A stretch of 63,503 nucleotides of DNA, filler included, from Collodictyon triciliatum (Eukaryota): NCBI GenBank assembly GCA_043381765.1. It is 8 parts of 8 records of this genome, joined end to end, with 100 filler letters (N's around TTAATTAATTAA, not from the genome) between each part and the next. Parts side by side here need not be neighbours in the genome. Positions count along the whole stretch, not along the records: positions 29,813 to 38,450 come from JBHJMP010000847.1; positions 38,551 to 50,467 come from JBHJMP010000848.1; 6 more parts are not named here. One strand, given 5' to 3'. This document shows positions 34,901 through 48,100 of this stretch, piece by piece. Every line of letters begins with the position of its first letter. Position 1 is the stretch's first letter. The notes below the pieces were generated by a model. That model ran no database searches. It worked only from the letters and a program-made list of their open reading frames with translations, and had not been told where the DNA came from. The position numbers and the translations under genes are program-made.

Positions 34901-37380
34901 TCCTTTGAATCTCAATACAAAGGCTGCTCGTACTTGAGATACTTGCATGCATTTAAAATATCTATACTTAAGAGACTAATCCATAAAGTTTGTCGCAATG
35001 GTACCAAACGAAGACAGGCGAAACGGAGACCTGAACTTCCCCAAGTTTGCCCTTATAAATATTCTTGATCGCTCTGACGGAGATAAATGGAAAGGTTAGA
35101 ATTTCAAAATGAATTCATTAATTCTGAAATATAATTATGGAAAAAAAAGAGGCAATCAATGCACCCTATCAATACTTCTAATTCTTGGTTTGCCTTGTTA
35201 TTCAAATTCAAAACCTTTTTTTTTTGTTTCTTTTGCACACCATGGCAGGGGAGTATCACGGGAAGATAGGGTTCATAGACCCTGGAAACATAATACGTGC
35301 CGAGCAATATCCTGCTTTGAAAGACTATAAAGCAATGAGAGGTGAAGAGCTGTCCTTGAGAAAAGGAGATTTAATTACCATCCTGGACAAGAGCGACCCA
35401 GTCTTTTTTCTCGTAAATCTCGCAAATTGTTTGATTTCTTCCAATATGTAATATAATTATCTGCCATATGTTGAGACACTTGCGATGCACCACCCCATTA
35501 GCCGAACCCGCTCATCAAATGTTAGATCAACGCAGTTTTTTTTTTCACATCAGAGCTGTTAAAATATGCCATTCATCTATTTATCTCTCCTTTCTCTTTT
35601 TTTTTAAAAAAAAATAGGCTAACGTGAATGATTCGGTTGGCTTTATTCCAAAGTCACTTTTGACTTTGTCGGATGCAAAGACTGAGGATGCAAACACAGA
35701 GGTTATTTCAATCAGAGACTACAGCGCAAAATCACCAGGTTTGTCTAAAGGGGCTGCTTTACATCTTAACCTGAGTGCTTCTAGTTACATTTGTATTGCC
35801 TATACCAAGTCGGTAATGACCTGAAAATTTTCATCTATACATCCTACAATACTTAATCGCATATGCCATCACGGAGTTTGCACATATTAACTCACATGTT
35901 ATCTTGCAATAAAGATGAACTGACGTTCCCAAAGTTTGCCGTAATACAAGTATTGGATTGTTCAGACGACGAAATGTGGAAGGGAAAATATAATGGCAAG
36001 GTAGGATTTGATTCAGTTTGTCGACATATAATATTTAGAGGAGGAAAAAAAATGCACTTTACTTAACTACAGGTTGGTAAGTTTCCAAGAAGTCACATAG
36101 AGCCCCTTCTAGGACAAAAATTAGTCGATAGGTTTGCATGGAGAGTATTCTTGCATCTGATATTTCTTTCGAGACTTACTGCTTCATTACATTTGTTCTT
36201 ATAAACTACATTTTCAGTCCATTTGGAAGTGCTGAGAAGGGAAAGCGTCAGTTTAACAAGGAGGATGTGCTGGAATCAGAGTTTTCTGAACTTCGCAATT
36301 TTCTCATCGAAAAAGCAGGTAGTTTCGATGAAGCCATTATAGAAGGACACCCCTCTTTTTTTCTAATGTCGATATCATTTCATAATCATAGTGATGATAT
36401 CGACAATAGAAATACGGAGAAGCACCTTACAATAATCTGCAATAGGGTTTTTCAGGAACCTGTTTTCATATTATGCAACTGTGAATACTGTTGGATACAC
36501 GGATGTGAACACGATGTCGAATGCCCAGTTCATGTCTTTTGCAAAAGAGTGCAAGCTTATGACTACACAAATAAGACCTGGTATTTCAAAAAAAACTATC
36601 ATATTCTCCCTATTTTTATTTATTTGGTGATAGTGACCATCAAAACTTACAAAATTGCAAAATAATTGATTCTAAATCACTGTTTTCAATGTTTTTCCAT
36701 ACAGCTGACATAGATATTATTTTCGTTGCATCCATTGTACACACAACTATGGAAAAAAGCTCATCTGTAATATTGTGTCGAATTACTTTGCGTAACATCA
36801 TATAAATATATCGGATCTTTGTAAATCCTGTTGATTTTTTAATTATCGTCATCACTATTCCTTAGAGAGGAGAGCAGGAGCGCAATATGGTTATCCAAGA
36901 ATTTGTCGCTGGTACTTCTCACTGCAGATGTCATACGTTCATATTTACAAATGCTGACTGCATTCGCAAAGGGTCCATGCTTATTTTTTTTTTCGTGCAG
37001 GAATCATTCGAATAGCTCATGCCAAATATCGGCATCTGTCGAAGGTTGTCTTTCCTTTTTTTTCTTTTTTTTAATACATGTATACATTAACACATAAACA
37101 AAACCTGTCAATAATAACTATCCTCTTGGAAAAAATTCTTAGTCTTCATTAAAAAAAGAGATGAGCGTATAATTGACACCATATTAATAAAAGTTGATAG
37201 ATCGTGTGCGGAGTATGTACGAACAAGATGTAAAGCCCAACGGAATGCCTTTCATGATGGATTTAGCAAAGAAGTTCAAGACTCTTTATTCTCCGTCAGT
37301 TAGAGTGGGTCTTAAATTATGTCGTTCACCAGATGTTCACCGAGTCATCTTTTCCATTTTCTACATTATCATTATTATTA

Positions 37381-37476
<96 letters not shown>

Positions 37477-38130
37477 TTATTATTATATTGACATATGGGC
37501 TTAAAAATCCACGACCATATACATCTCCAGCTTATCATAGATAACTACAGCGTCCAATTGTCTGCCATATTCAATGAATTTGTGTTTGAGGATAGGATTC
37601 AAAATAACAGACTCCCCTTTAATAAAGTTCTTTCGATCTGCAAGGTAAGGCACCAGTATATATGGCGCATACATTATTATACGAATTGTCATTCGTGCCT
37701 AATACGTGAATCAACTGCCCAGATATGTATCATAAGTTTAGTTAGCAATCTCATTCTGAATGAAAATCAAATAAATAGCAATGGGACTTGTTTGGTACCG
37801 ACAAGTTGAGTATATTTTTGCTACGAATGATTTTTATGTACTCTACTGCAGCTGCCGACGACAATGTCGATGTAGAATGGAATAAATATGATGCAGACGT
37901 TGATTTGGACCAATTCACGACGGTGATAATCAAGCATTTTCCTTTGTCATGATTGCGAAACAAAGTATGAAATGTCTACTTTACATCACCGTCTCACTGA
38001 AAATGCTATTTCCCTAACCTCATCCCAGATAATCGTATGTGCTGCAAGACATTTTCACAGCATGCTTGATAATCCCGATTCCATTGACTTCCATAAGTAT
38101 TTGGACAAATTTATGTCCCGCCTTATGTGA
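31745..38130 (+). CDS. Large multi-exon protein: Par3/HAL N-terminal ubiquitin-like domain, seven SH3 domains, helical EF-hand-like C-terminus
   Basis: N-terminus MIIQVHVKDLVFPIQCAGGCQPLRWLGHVACQRY. Seven repeats of the type A..D......L.f.KG..I..L.....WKG..NG..G.FP. C-terminus LFSYYAT...MSNAQFMSFAKECKL...DIDIIF...IIRIAHAKY. Stop TGA at 38128-38130. Confidence 0.88.
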
Positions 38131-38390
38131 TTCATGTGGCATTAAGATGGTAAAACCACCAAGCTGTCATCAGGAAAAAGAACAAATTGGAGTTTAAGTT
38201 AATACTTTGTGTTGCAAGATGTTGTGGGTATGTGTTGAAATAAAGAGTCTGACGCAAAGACACACCCGCTAGCATGGCTCATCTAGTTTATATCTGCCTG
38301 GAATGATAATCGAGTCAAAATAAGTAAAACACGTAACCCATTTTGATGGCATAGTCCTTCTCTGTCAAACTGATAATGAAATAGAAAACC

Positions 38391-38450
<60 letters not shown>

Positions 38451-38603
38451 NNNNNNNNNNNNNNNNNNNNNNNNNNNNNNNNNNNNNNNNNNNNTTAATT
38501 AATTAANNNNNNNNNNNNNNNNNNNNNNNNNNNNNNNNNNNNNNNNNNNNCATTCCCCAATCAAACAAAAAAAACAAAAAATAAAATAAATAAAATATTA
38601 TAA

Positions 38604-38656
<53 letters not shown>

Positions 38657-38659
38657 ATA

Positions 38660-39278
38660 TACGGAGACTATAATTATGCAATCCGAATAAGATGGCATCA
38701 TGAGATAATTTCCTCGTGAATGCTCCAGCGGAAACAGTCATTCCCACTCGGTACTCGATGCCCAGCGAAGAACCGCTTCGAATTTTTTCTTTTGCATGCA
38801 AAATTACCAGGCCACGGCAGAGTAAAATACCGTCGAGTACCACCCGAGCTCCATAACTGAACAAACCCCTGGTTAAGATTTTAATATATTTTCCTTTGTC
38901 ATCTTTTTTTGGGGTATATTTCCTTCTTTCATGAATTCTTCGGATATGAAGTGAATATAAAATATATAAAGTAGCGTCGCATGCATCGCAACTTGCCTCA
39001 ATGGCGTGCTGAAGGTTTACTGAAACAGGCAGATGTGCCTTGTAGGTTCTGCGTTGCGACAGAATGATAAGGGTTATTACGGATTTCAAACTGATATTCA
39101 GAACTACAAAGAAAACAAAGCAAATCAAAATCTCCTTCACTCTATTCCGCTTATTTTATGTTAATTTGGTGATATCCTCGAGTTGTAAGTATTTGACGTC
39201 AAGTCTTTGTGTGGTGGTAGAAGGCTCATGTGCAGCCAAAATCGATGCGATTTTTTCGGATCGCTCCAGGATTGACAT
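38660..39278 (-). CDS. Hypothetical gene, 5' part, truncated by gap; exon structure unresolved
   Basis: ATG at 39278 (MSILERSEKIASILAAHEPS) and a protein-like segment GLFSYGARVVLDGILLCRGLVIL...LFGL. I could not phase all the exons. Confidence 0.4.
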
Positions 39279-39497
39279 TGAGAAACGCTCCCGTGTAACC
39301 AATTGAATCACGTGGGGTTGATGTAACTTAGCGACAAAGAAAATGTGGTGTGATTGTTGCACTCTTTTCTTCTCCTTTTTGTCTCTCACTGAAAGTGACA
39401 CACGAAAGCGATAGTGCTATTCTAGGTTCATGATACCAAAGAAATATTATCCGAGATGTTTTCGGTTTTATTTTAACTATTTCACCGTCACCAGTCC

Positions 39498-42400
39498 TCA
39501 GTCATCGCAAAATACTGTGTTTGGTGCTGGCCTTTTACCTTGACTTGGGCGCTGCTTAAACTACATAGGGCGTGGTGATGGTGTTAGGCTTACATTTGAT
39601 CGAAGGATTGAGATAAATGAAAGATATTCAGAGTACGCTCACAACATAAGGACAATATATAAAAACTCAAAATATTGTCTTTCAAACCTCGAATAGCGAT
39701 ATGGGGCGGAATGAGAATCTCTTGCATCGCCTGTTTTCATATGAAGATTTTAGGTTTTTTTTTTCTTGCAGTAAGTGACCATAATCAAACCAGCATAAGC
39801 AAATTGTTATTTTGTAATATGCGCCACTCAGAGGCTTACTCGCATGATATGTTCCCGTTCAATCCACAAAGGTCCATCGTTTTGTGGTGGCAGTTGACAC
39901 ATTCCACGAATCTCTTCTTCACTTTCACACGATTGATGGTGTGTTCTTCCTGAATGCATACAGGGTGCTTGCTCTCAAATACGTAGTTGCACTACGAAAA
40001 ACGAAACGCAATGTCATAGTTGACGTATTGAGTGCTCCAATTCATCATCATCATCTTTGAGCACTGCATCGACATTCGATATGTCTGGAATAGTCATCGT
40101 GATATGAGATTATGATAGAAGGGTGGAAATCAGTGTGAGGCACGTAGAAATTGGGCGGCGGCGGTGGTGATGTTGGAAGATGTAGACTAGGTACCTTTTC
40201 ACATTTATAGGCAAAGATTTCCCGGTAGAATACTTCCATCCACTTCTTTTCTAGTTCTCCTTGTTTTTGAAGAAATTCCAAGTACTTCTCTGTTTTTCTT
40301 GCCTTTTCCTAGTCATCATCATGAAGAATAGTTTGAATTAGCAACCACTTGTGATGGATAAACAAGAAGCAGTCAACACAATTTCGCACTAATCTGTGTA
40401 AGTTGGTTGACATAAAAGCAGAACCAGAGAAGCGGCTCCAATAGTTCACCTGTTCAACCAATTCACTATGGGCTGATTTTGCATTCAACAGCTCCTCCAA
40501 TTCTTGCGTTGACTTGATAGCCCCTTCGCCAAAAGATGATTGGAATTTCTATGATATATTTTGAGAGACGAAAGCGAATGAATAGTTTGAAAAATTAAGT
40601 GATCAGTGAGCAACTAAATTTTGATAGTGTGCATAGAGAGTAGCGTTCCATTGGGTTAGATAAGGTGCTAGATATTAACCTTTTGGTTAACTCCTTTTGC
40701 AATAAATGACTTTTCATCCCAATCAGCCATGTAAACACTCGATAAATCTAAACCAATATTATCAATACACAGAAAATTAGAGTATTTCAATTGGCTGCAT
40801 TGAAAATAATATTATTCATGGATATATTATCATACAAAAGAATATCAAAACAAGAAATTTCCCTGACCTTTTCCATCCAGCTTTCGTTTCTTTTCTGCTT
40901 CAACTTCTCGAATAATTCTGAGCTCATTGATCCTGTCCTTCATCTTCTTGGATGTCTTTTTGGGATCAAATTATCAGAGGTGTGAAATATTATGTATAAA
41001 TAGCGATGCGTCTAACAAGATGACCGGCAGATACTTCAATCTAAACTCATACGTCTTCCTTAGACTCTTGCTTCATGCGTTGATAGAGCAGGGCCTAAAA
41101 ATCACTCGAGCACTTAAATTAAACTATGCGAGTTAATGCGTTTCAATAGAAACTTTGATGCTTACTTGCTTCTTTATATCAAACTGGTCTTCTTGAAGAT
41201 TCACCGATCTGTGTCCGATGAAATTAGTGAAGAAAATATGATCCAAAATTTAATCTATAGGCAACGAGTTCTCTCGTAATCATATTCTTTTTTCATAATA
41301 CCACCTTCCTGGATGCAATCCCCTTCCAATGCACGGTGCAACATTGGAAGTTTCCTGCATAATAGAATTTTTTTTTAGGAGATTCAAACATAAAGAAAAT
41401 ATGGGCAGCATTGGTACCTTTTCATTAGCCACCACAAGATTTCCAATCGGCATTGCTTTCTTTTCTATGATTTTGGGATGAAAAGTAAGAAAAATAAGAG
41501 TGTATGCGAAGTTCAACGGATTTACCTTGATTGTTATTGACAGCGAAAGATTTACTCACCAGGAAGAGCCTTTGGAAGAGTCTTCGGAGTAAGTGCTGGT
41601 GTATCACTATGCAAAAAAAAAAATAATTTTTTTTTAGGATAGGGGTGATTTTATAAAATAAAATAGGCACGAATGCTAACATTAAAATATTTGCGAATAT
41701 GAATTAAAATTTTGTAATTAAGTTTTTTGAAAAAAAAAAAAGGTGGATCAATTCTACAGTGTCTTGGCTGACGATGTGGTTTTTTGGGGAAGACCTGGAT
41801 AAAATATGTTTGCATAACAAGTTTTCAAAATATTTATCTTAAGTGTATGTACCAAAACTGCAATTAAAAGATAGAATGTTATACTCTAAGATAGATAAAC
41901 ACGGTCATTATCAGGCTGAAGAGAATTGGAGATGATTGTCGTGTGCATACCATAATCGCCGGTTGTGGCTCGAAGTAATGAAGAGCCTCCATGTTGATGA
42001 GTCTTGACGAGATTTTGGCTGATTTACATGAAAAATGGATTATACAGGCTAGAATATTAAAAAAAGAGAGAGTGTATTTATATTTTATATCACTGAATGA
42101 TAATACGTGAAATTCTCACATGATTGCTTGTTGCTTTTGCAAGGGCATGGCTTTCGGAATATTTGCCTGACTTTAATTTCAGCGCGTGGAGACAAAAATT
42201 ATGCAAAGATTGACTTTTAAAACCAAAAGTGTATAAACTGTACATAATTTATTTTTGTATTTTCTGATAAGTGTTTTCATACAAGGTTTTTTCTGGTTGA
42301 TTAGACCTCCCTAATGGATTCCTTTGGAACATCGGCGTAGAGCTGATTGGTGACATTGTGGAGCATTATCCGACAAATTTGATAAGAATATTGATATAAA

Positions 42401-44631
42401 AATCATCGAAGTGTTCTGTCGAGTTACTTTTCAAAAAATTTCTAGAGCTTTCAATAACCTAGTATTCAACTCCAGCCTCGCAGATGCAATGCTCTTTTTA
42501 AGTTCTGTCTCTATGTGAAATTTACATGCTTTCGACTTGGTTCTATGGTCGATAGTTTAGAAATAGATTATTCGTGTGTTTTTATTCGAAAAGAATGAAT
42601 TTTCAGTAGGAAATAAATTAATATATCCAAGTTCAATCGCAAAACATCGAGTTTTGTATATATAAAGTGTTGTTTTTCTTACGCATTTATCCACATTGTG
42701 CACTGCTGTCCATCCTTGCGAATCGAGCTGCACCGGCCAAATTCTGCAGAAGTGCCCACCAGAACGATTTGGTGGTTGGTGTTAATCGATAAAGTCATCC
42801 GGTCCTGCCCCTGTTTCATTTGCAAAATGCCATATTAGCTTAATCCCAATAAGCAAAGTCGATACCAAGCAAAAGAGGCCCTCATGTGGGGCATATGAAT
42901 GGGAATGAGAAACATTAGTACACCAAATTATGATGAAGGTTAGGGCAATAAAGTCAAAGGCACCGCTCTGGGAGGTAACAACGTTGGATTAAATATGGCT
43001 AGAACAGAGCCCTCAGACTCTTTCCACAGTAATTTATGAGCATCCTTGCCGACAATAAGTGTAGTTTCGGTGCTAAGCAGGTCAGTTATCTGAATTTTGA
43101 AAGCGAATCGATAATTTTTTATAACAGTACTATTCAATTATTTGAAAAGAATCACAATTGCTTCATTAAATAACACTAAAGCGGTCAACAATTTCATCAA
43201 AATAAAATAATATTTTTCACTAGATTCTGTAGTTCATACACTGTAATGCTACACACAAAACGAATAAATATTTTACTCTCCAAATTGAATACACTGCCCC
43301 GGTTGCGGATGTCTTTGGAGGGTCTTTCTGAACTAAAACACCAAATGTGGCCTGGTTTTGTCGAAAAGAAACGCGTATTCGTGAGATAAAAGTTGAGTGT
43401 CTTAGAGGGATTTTCCCCCTGTTTATCTCACTTAATTAACGAGGCTTTTGTTCCCACTTATTCTGAAAATTATAGAAAAGTAACCCAATCTAACCCAGAT
43501 TCAGCAATTTTTGAGGAGGCTATGTCTTTCAGCAGAATTTTTTTGAAAGTCAGCATGGAATCATCATAAGTTGACAAATCAATCAACCGATTCCTAATTA
43601 TTTCCAACATATCAAGTTCAATAAAAATTTAATTGAAGCACAGTCTTTACCTTTGAAATAATAAATGTACAGGATATATAAGACAGCAAAAAATCAGTGT
43701 CTTTGCTAAAGTAAACACAATATTAAGAATTTGATAAAAAAAAATTGAATGATGTTTGATAAATGATTTTAAGAAATTGTTAAGGCTGCAAATTAAGAAA
43801 AGGTGTACTTCAGCAAGAATCCAGAGTGTTGATCGTGGAGTGATGAATGCGAACTAAAGACCGATTTTGTCGATTTATTTATCTCTGATGGCGACCCAAA
43901 TGTCTTGATATTACTGGATGCATTTAAAGTCGATAGCAACCCTATTGTGAATAGACGAAATGTCAGCGCACGTGTGCAATAGTTCTTCATGTCTGCCGGC
44001 TTGTAGATAATATTAAAAAAAAGCATCTTGAAGAAGCTGCAATTTCGACATATCTTTATTTCATAAAAAAAAAATGATCTTTTTGTTGGAACATATTTTC
44101 TCTCGCATTTCTCTCTCAAGGGTAGTTGATTCTATCCAAAATCTCGATGGGATGGAGAAAATGTTTCGGTTCAGAATAATATTTATGTGTTCGGTGGGAC
44201 AAAGTTCCCTCCATCAGTATTACCTATGGAATGCGGCGTTTTTGGGTCAGCTTTATACTTGACCTCTTCCCTTTTCCTTTCAGACGAAATCTTCTGGTAA
44301 ACTAAAAGTGTTGGCAAATTTTAATAATTTTTTAACCGTTCATATTATAATGCATATATTGAAGAGTCTTTGTTCACCATAACAATTTGGAGTCATCTGT
44401 GCGGATTTCATAGAGAGCAAAACAAAAGGAAAAAAAACTGAGTTGATCCTCACAGCAATAGATATCATCTCACAACCCACATGTTATTTGGCTCTTTATT
44501 ATGCGATACGATATATGATGAAAAGTTGTCTAACCTTCTCGGTTTTCTTGCTCGGTATCTTCGTCGAAAAGCGCCAATAATTCGTCGATGGCACCAACAG
44601 GGCACAACTCTTCCTCGTATTCATCGCACAT
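39498..44631 (-). CDS. MCM10: DNA replication factor Mcm10 (many exons)
   Basis: HSGFLLKNRLI, DWATFGVLVQK, YSIWRITDL, GSVLAIFNP, zinc finger GRCSSIRKDGQQCTMWIN...CKFH, and metazoan-like C-terminal Zn motifs (YKC..CNY...C....H...KKRFVECVNC...CERC). Confidence 0.93.
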
Positions 44632-45140
44632 TCTCCTTTATACAAAGAGACAGAAAACTACTAATTAAAAATAGACGCCAAAAAAAAAAAAACAAGAGCG
44701 GAAATGCAATGAGATTAGAAGATGCAAGGGACAGTAAACAAAATAAGTTGGATGAAAGTCAAAAGGAATAAGGTTAACCAAGAGAGAAGCGAAGGTCGCA
44801 TAGAAGATAGGAAGCAGACACCGAATCAAACCCAAAAAAAAAAGGAAAAAAATTGGTACAAACATTCGTATTCTCGAATTTTCAAAATTTTAAAACTTCA
44901 AAAAGGTCGGAATAAATGTGGATAAGGGTAGAACGGGCTGCGGGTTGGTATCAGTGCGTGTGACTTCAAAAAAAAAAGAGCGAAGCAGGCGATGTTTGTG
45001 GTGTCTCGAGGCGACAAGGGCATTTTTATGCGGTTGGCTCGGAGTCTGAGATATGGGAGAGAGGGGAAAGGAGCTGACTCAGTGATAGTCTCCTTACATA
45101 ATGGCTGACCCCCAAGCTCTCATGTATGTTCTTTTCTCTG

Positions 45141-48100
45141 CTACGCCTTGATTCGTTTCCTCAACCATCGGGCAAGGACTATGCTCAGCGTGACAGCAAA
45201 TGCAGGAATGGAAAACAGAATCGACCAGAAGGAAATCAGCAAACGGATGTCACCGTGGTAGTGCCCATGAACTTCCAAATGAGCAGCCCTTAAATGAAAA
45301 GGGTATCAGAGTGATGATTGTGCTTCATTCTTTGATGAATTTAGGTGAACTGCTGATGTAGTGCAGAGAAAAATAAACCTTGTCAGCCCTGTTGGATGCG
45401 TTCGCTTCAATCTTTTCTGGATTTTCTGTGTCGACAGTGTAAATTATTGATCAAAATTCACCATATACGAAAGCAAAAGAGTCCAGGAAATCATAAAATC
45501 TGGTAATTGAATCAAAATATTTTGAAATACACACCTGTTGTGAAAATATAAGTTCAAGCTTGCGGCGCATATGAAGAATAGAAGGGTCGCTGGAGCTTGC
45601 AAGGTTAATCTGCCAGCAATCATGAATGAAATAAGTTATAAGTTGGCTATGACCCTACAGATAAAGTCAATTATAATTATGACTACGATACATTATTCCA
45701 GAGACCGAAACCCACCTTCTCGATCGGGTCCTTGGTTAGATTGTAAATCTCGTACTCATCGGGATAGGGGACCGTGCGGATGTTTTTTTTCCCTCTCACC
45801 GGGAATTCGCGCTGAACAAATTCGTTCTTTACAAACGGTACAGTCCAGTTCTCTGTTAAGAAAATAAGAAAAAATGCGTTCTCCCTTTTATTGTTCCTTA
45901 TGTCACAGTAAAACTAGAACAGTGAGATATTATTCCTAGTCTAGGTGCAAATACATTAGGTGGATGGCTATCTGAATGGAAAGAAACCTGGATTGTCCCA
46001 GTACCGTATGTACTTCCAAACTTCTGTCTTTCCATTCTCCGCCCGAATCGTAGTGATGATTCCCTCAATCGACGTGGCTGCATCTGCTCATGAAGAGTAC
46101 ATGGCACAGTTAGATATAATGCCGGTTTTAGAGCTGGGAAAAATTACTCCTACGAGCATAATAATACTTACCGACGTGGTCAAATTCAAAGTGATAGAGC
46201 TTAAGAATGACCTAAAAACAATGAAAATGCATTTGAAGTCTGCATAAATATTCACATTATAATAACGATTGTTCACACTGTGGGATTATTACATGAAGTA
46301 TATGTGGTAAGATTCTTGTTTTACCGGGAAAAGCTTAGAAGGCGTTGCTCTCTGCCCATTTCCTCGTGTTACTTCATCTTCAGTCTTGAATTTATAAAAG
46401 TACGCAAGGAAGCGAATAAAATGAAGAAACATCACAAAGATGATGAAATCGTTAGATGTTTGTGATAAATAAATACCAATTCACTGATTTTTATTAAGAG
46501 TTAAAAATAAAAAGAATGAACCGTACCATGAAAAATACAGCCACTTCGGGTTCCGGTGGTGACGTGCCTAGTATCTGCTTGGAAAAATCATGACCAATAA
46601 GTTTTGCGGCTTCTCGGTGAGTTGATTTCAGCCTGTCGTTGATTTCCTGTGTTGGTTAGGTGATTAATATACCTTTATTTTTCTAAATCAAAAAAAAAAA
46701 CTTCGCATTCAACTCAACTGAACTCATATAACGAAAGACTTTAGATAATTCTAGTTGTATAAGTAATATTTTTTGAGTAAAGGGAATGTACATTTGCATC
46801 GATTTTAGCGAGGCCCAAAAGTGTTGGGATTAAATCAACGTGAGTGGTGGGGAAGTCGATTGTTCTGGACTCATTCTCTTTAAAAAGCACGGGGTTGGAA
46901 AAAATCAGGGGAATATGGATACATTCCTGCATAATTAAATTTCTTGTCATGAATAAAAGTGAAGCCTGTCTGGATAAGGCATAAGTGAATCGCTTATTTC
47001 CTCTCTGAAATTTGGAGCATTAAAGAGACAAATGAATAAAACATGGCACATCAAATGATGGTGGTGGTTGTGGTACATCAAATCACTGCGCACAGACCTC
47101 ATATGCGTTGTACCACTTTTGCATAATTCCCCCATGCGAACCGAGAACATCACCATGGTCAGATGTAAATACGACGACAGTGTTTTCGAAAAACCGAGTC
47201 TGGCAATGAGGAGATGTTGACTCAATTATATTCAGTACTGATTCAAACGATTGTTCGTCAAAATAAATAAATAAATAAAAAATAAAAATAAAAAACGTCG
47301 TGTAGAAAACAACATATTAAACAAAATTCATAGTCCATACCGAAACCAATTTCTCATACACTCTTTTGACATGGGCATCAACAACCTTGTGAAAATATTA
47401 AATATGGTATAATTACTATCGGAACAGCTTGAATAAAAGATTGAAATCTGCATCATAAAGTCAGTTACCTTGTGCAGATAGTAATACAATCTTCGATATG
47501 CAGCCGGAAAAAACACTGGCTGGAACATCTTCCTATACTGGGAAATGTACTTGGCCTGGGCGATTGTTTTAGTTGTGATGACTGTCTTAAATCTGAATAA
47601 CTGAAGAAATAGATAAAAGCAAGAGCAATCAAGTATATAATAATAGTAGCAAACGAATACCTGCGCTGATGGCTTCGATTTAAGATTCTCCCAATAAGTC
47701 GGAGACGATGGGATATGAGGGATGGTTGAGTCTGGGTTACGGTATTGGAACCAGTACCAAAGAATTGGGAAAAACACAATGTCGTGTGGATTCACAAAGG
47801 AACTACAGTTTGCAATACGGCTGGGTTAAAAAGGGTAATGATTCATCAAGTCATGAGTTTCGTCTTGATCAAGACGTTTAATAGGCGATAACCAGAAGCC
47901 ACATTATTGAAATAGAGAGAACCAAAATATTTCATAAACTATACCAGCAAAGAAGAAAAGGTTTGTCGTTCTCTGACTTGTCTCTTTCGTCCAACCAATC
48001 TATGACCTGAATATAACATACTCAAACATGAATGGAAGTTCACTTCCTTTTAAATCCATATTTAGAAATGAGCCCTGCATATTTTTATAAAAATATAATT

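Noticed and set aside
35401-35617. Seemingly missing WW exon in SH3 domain 6
   Set aside because: The donor GTAAAT at 35413 gives DKSDPVFFL|ANVNDSVGFIP, so FF replaces WW and no micro-exon is needed.
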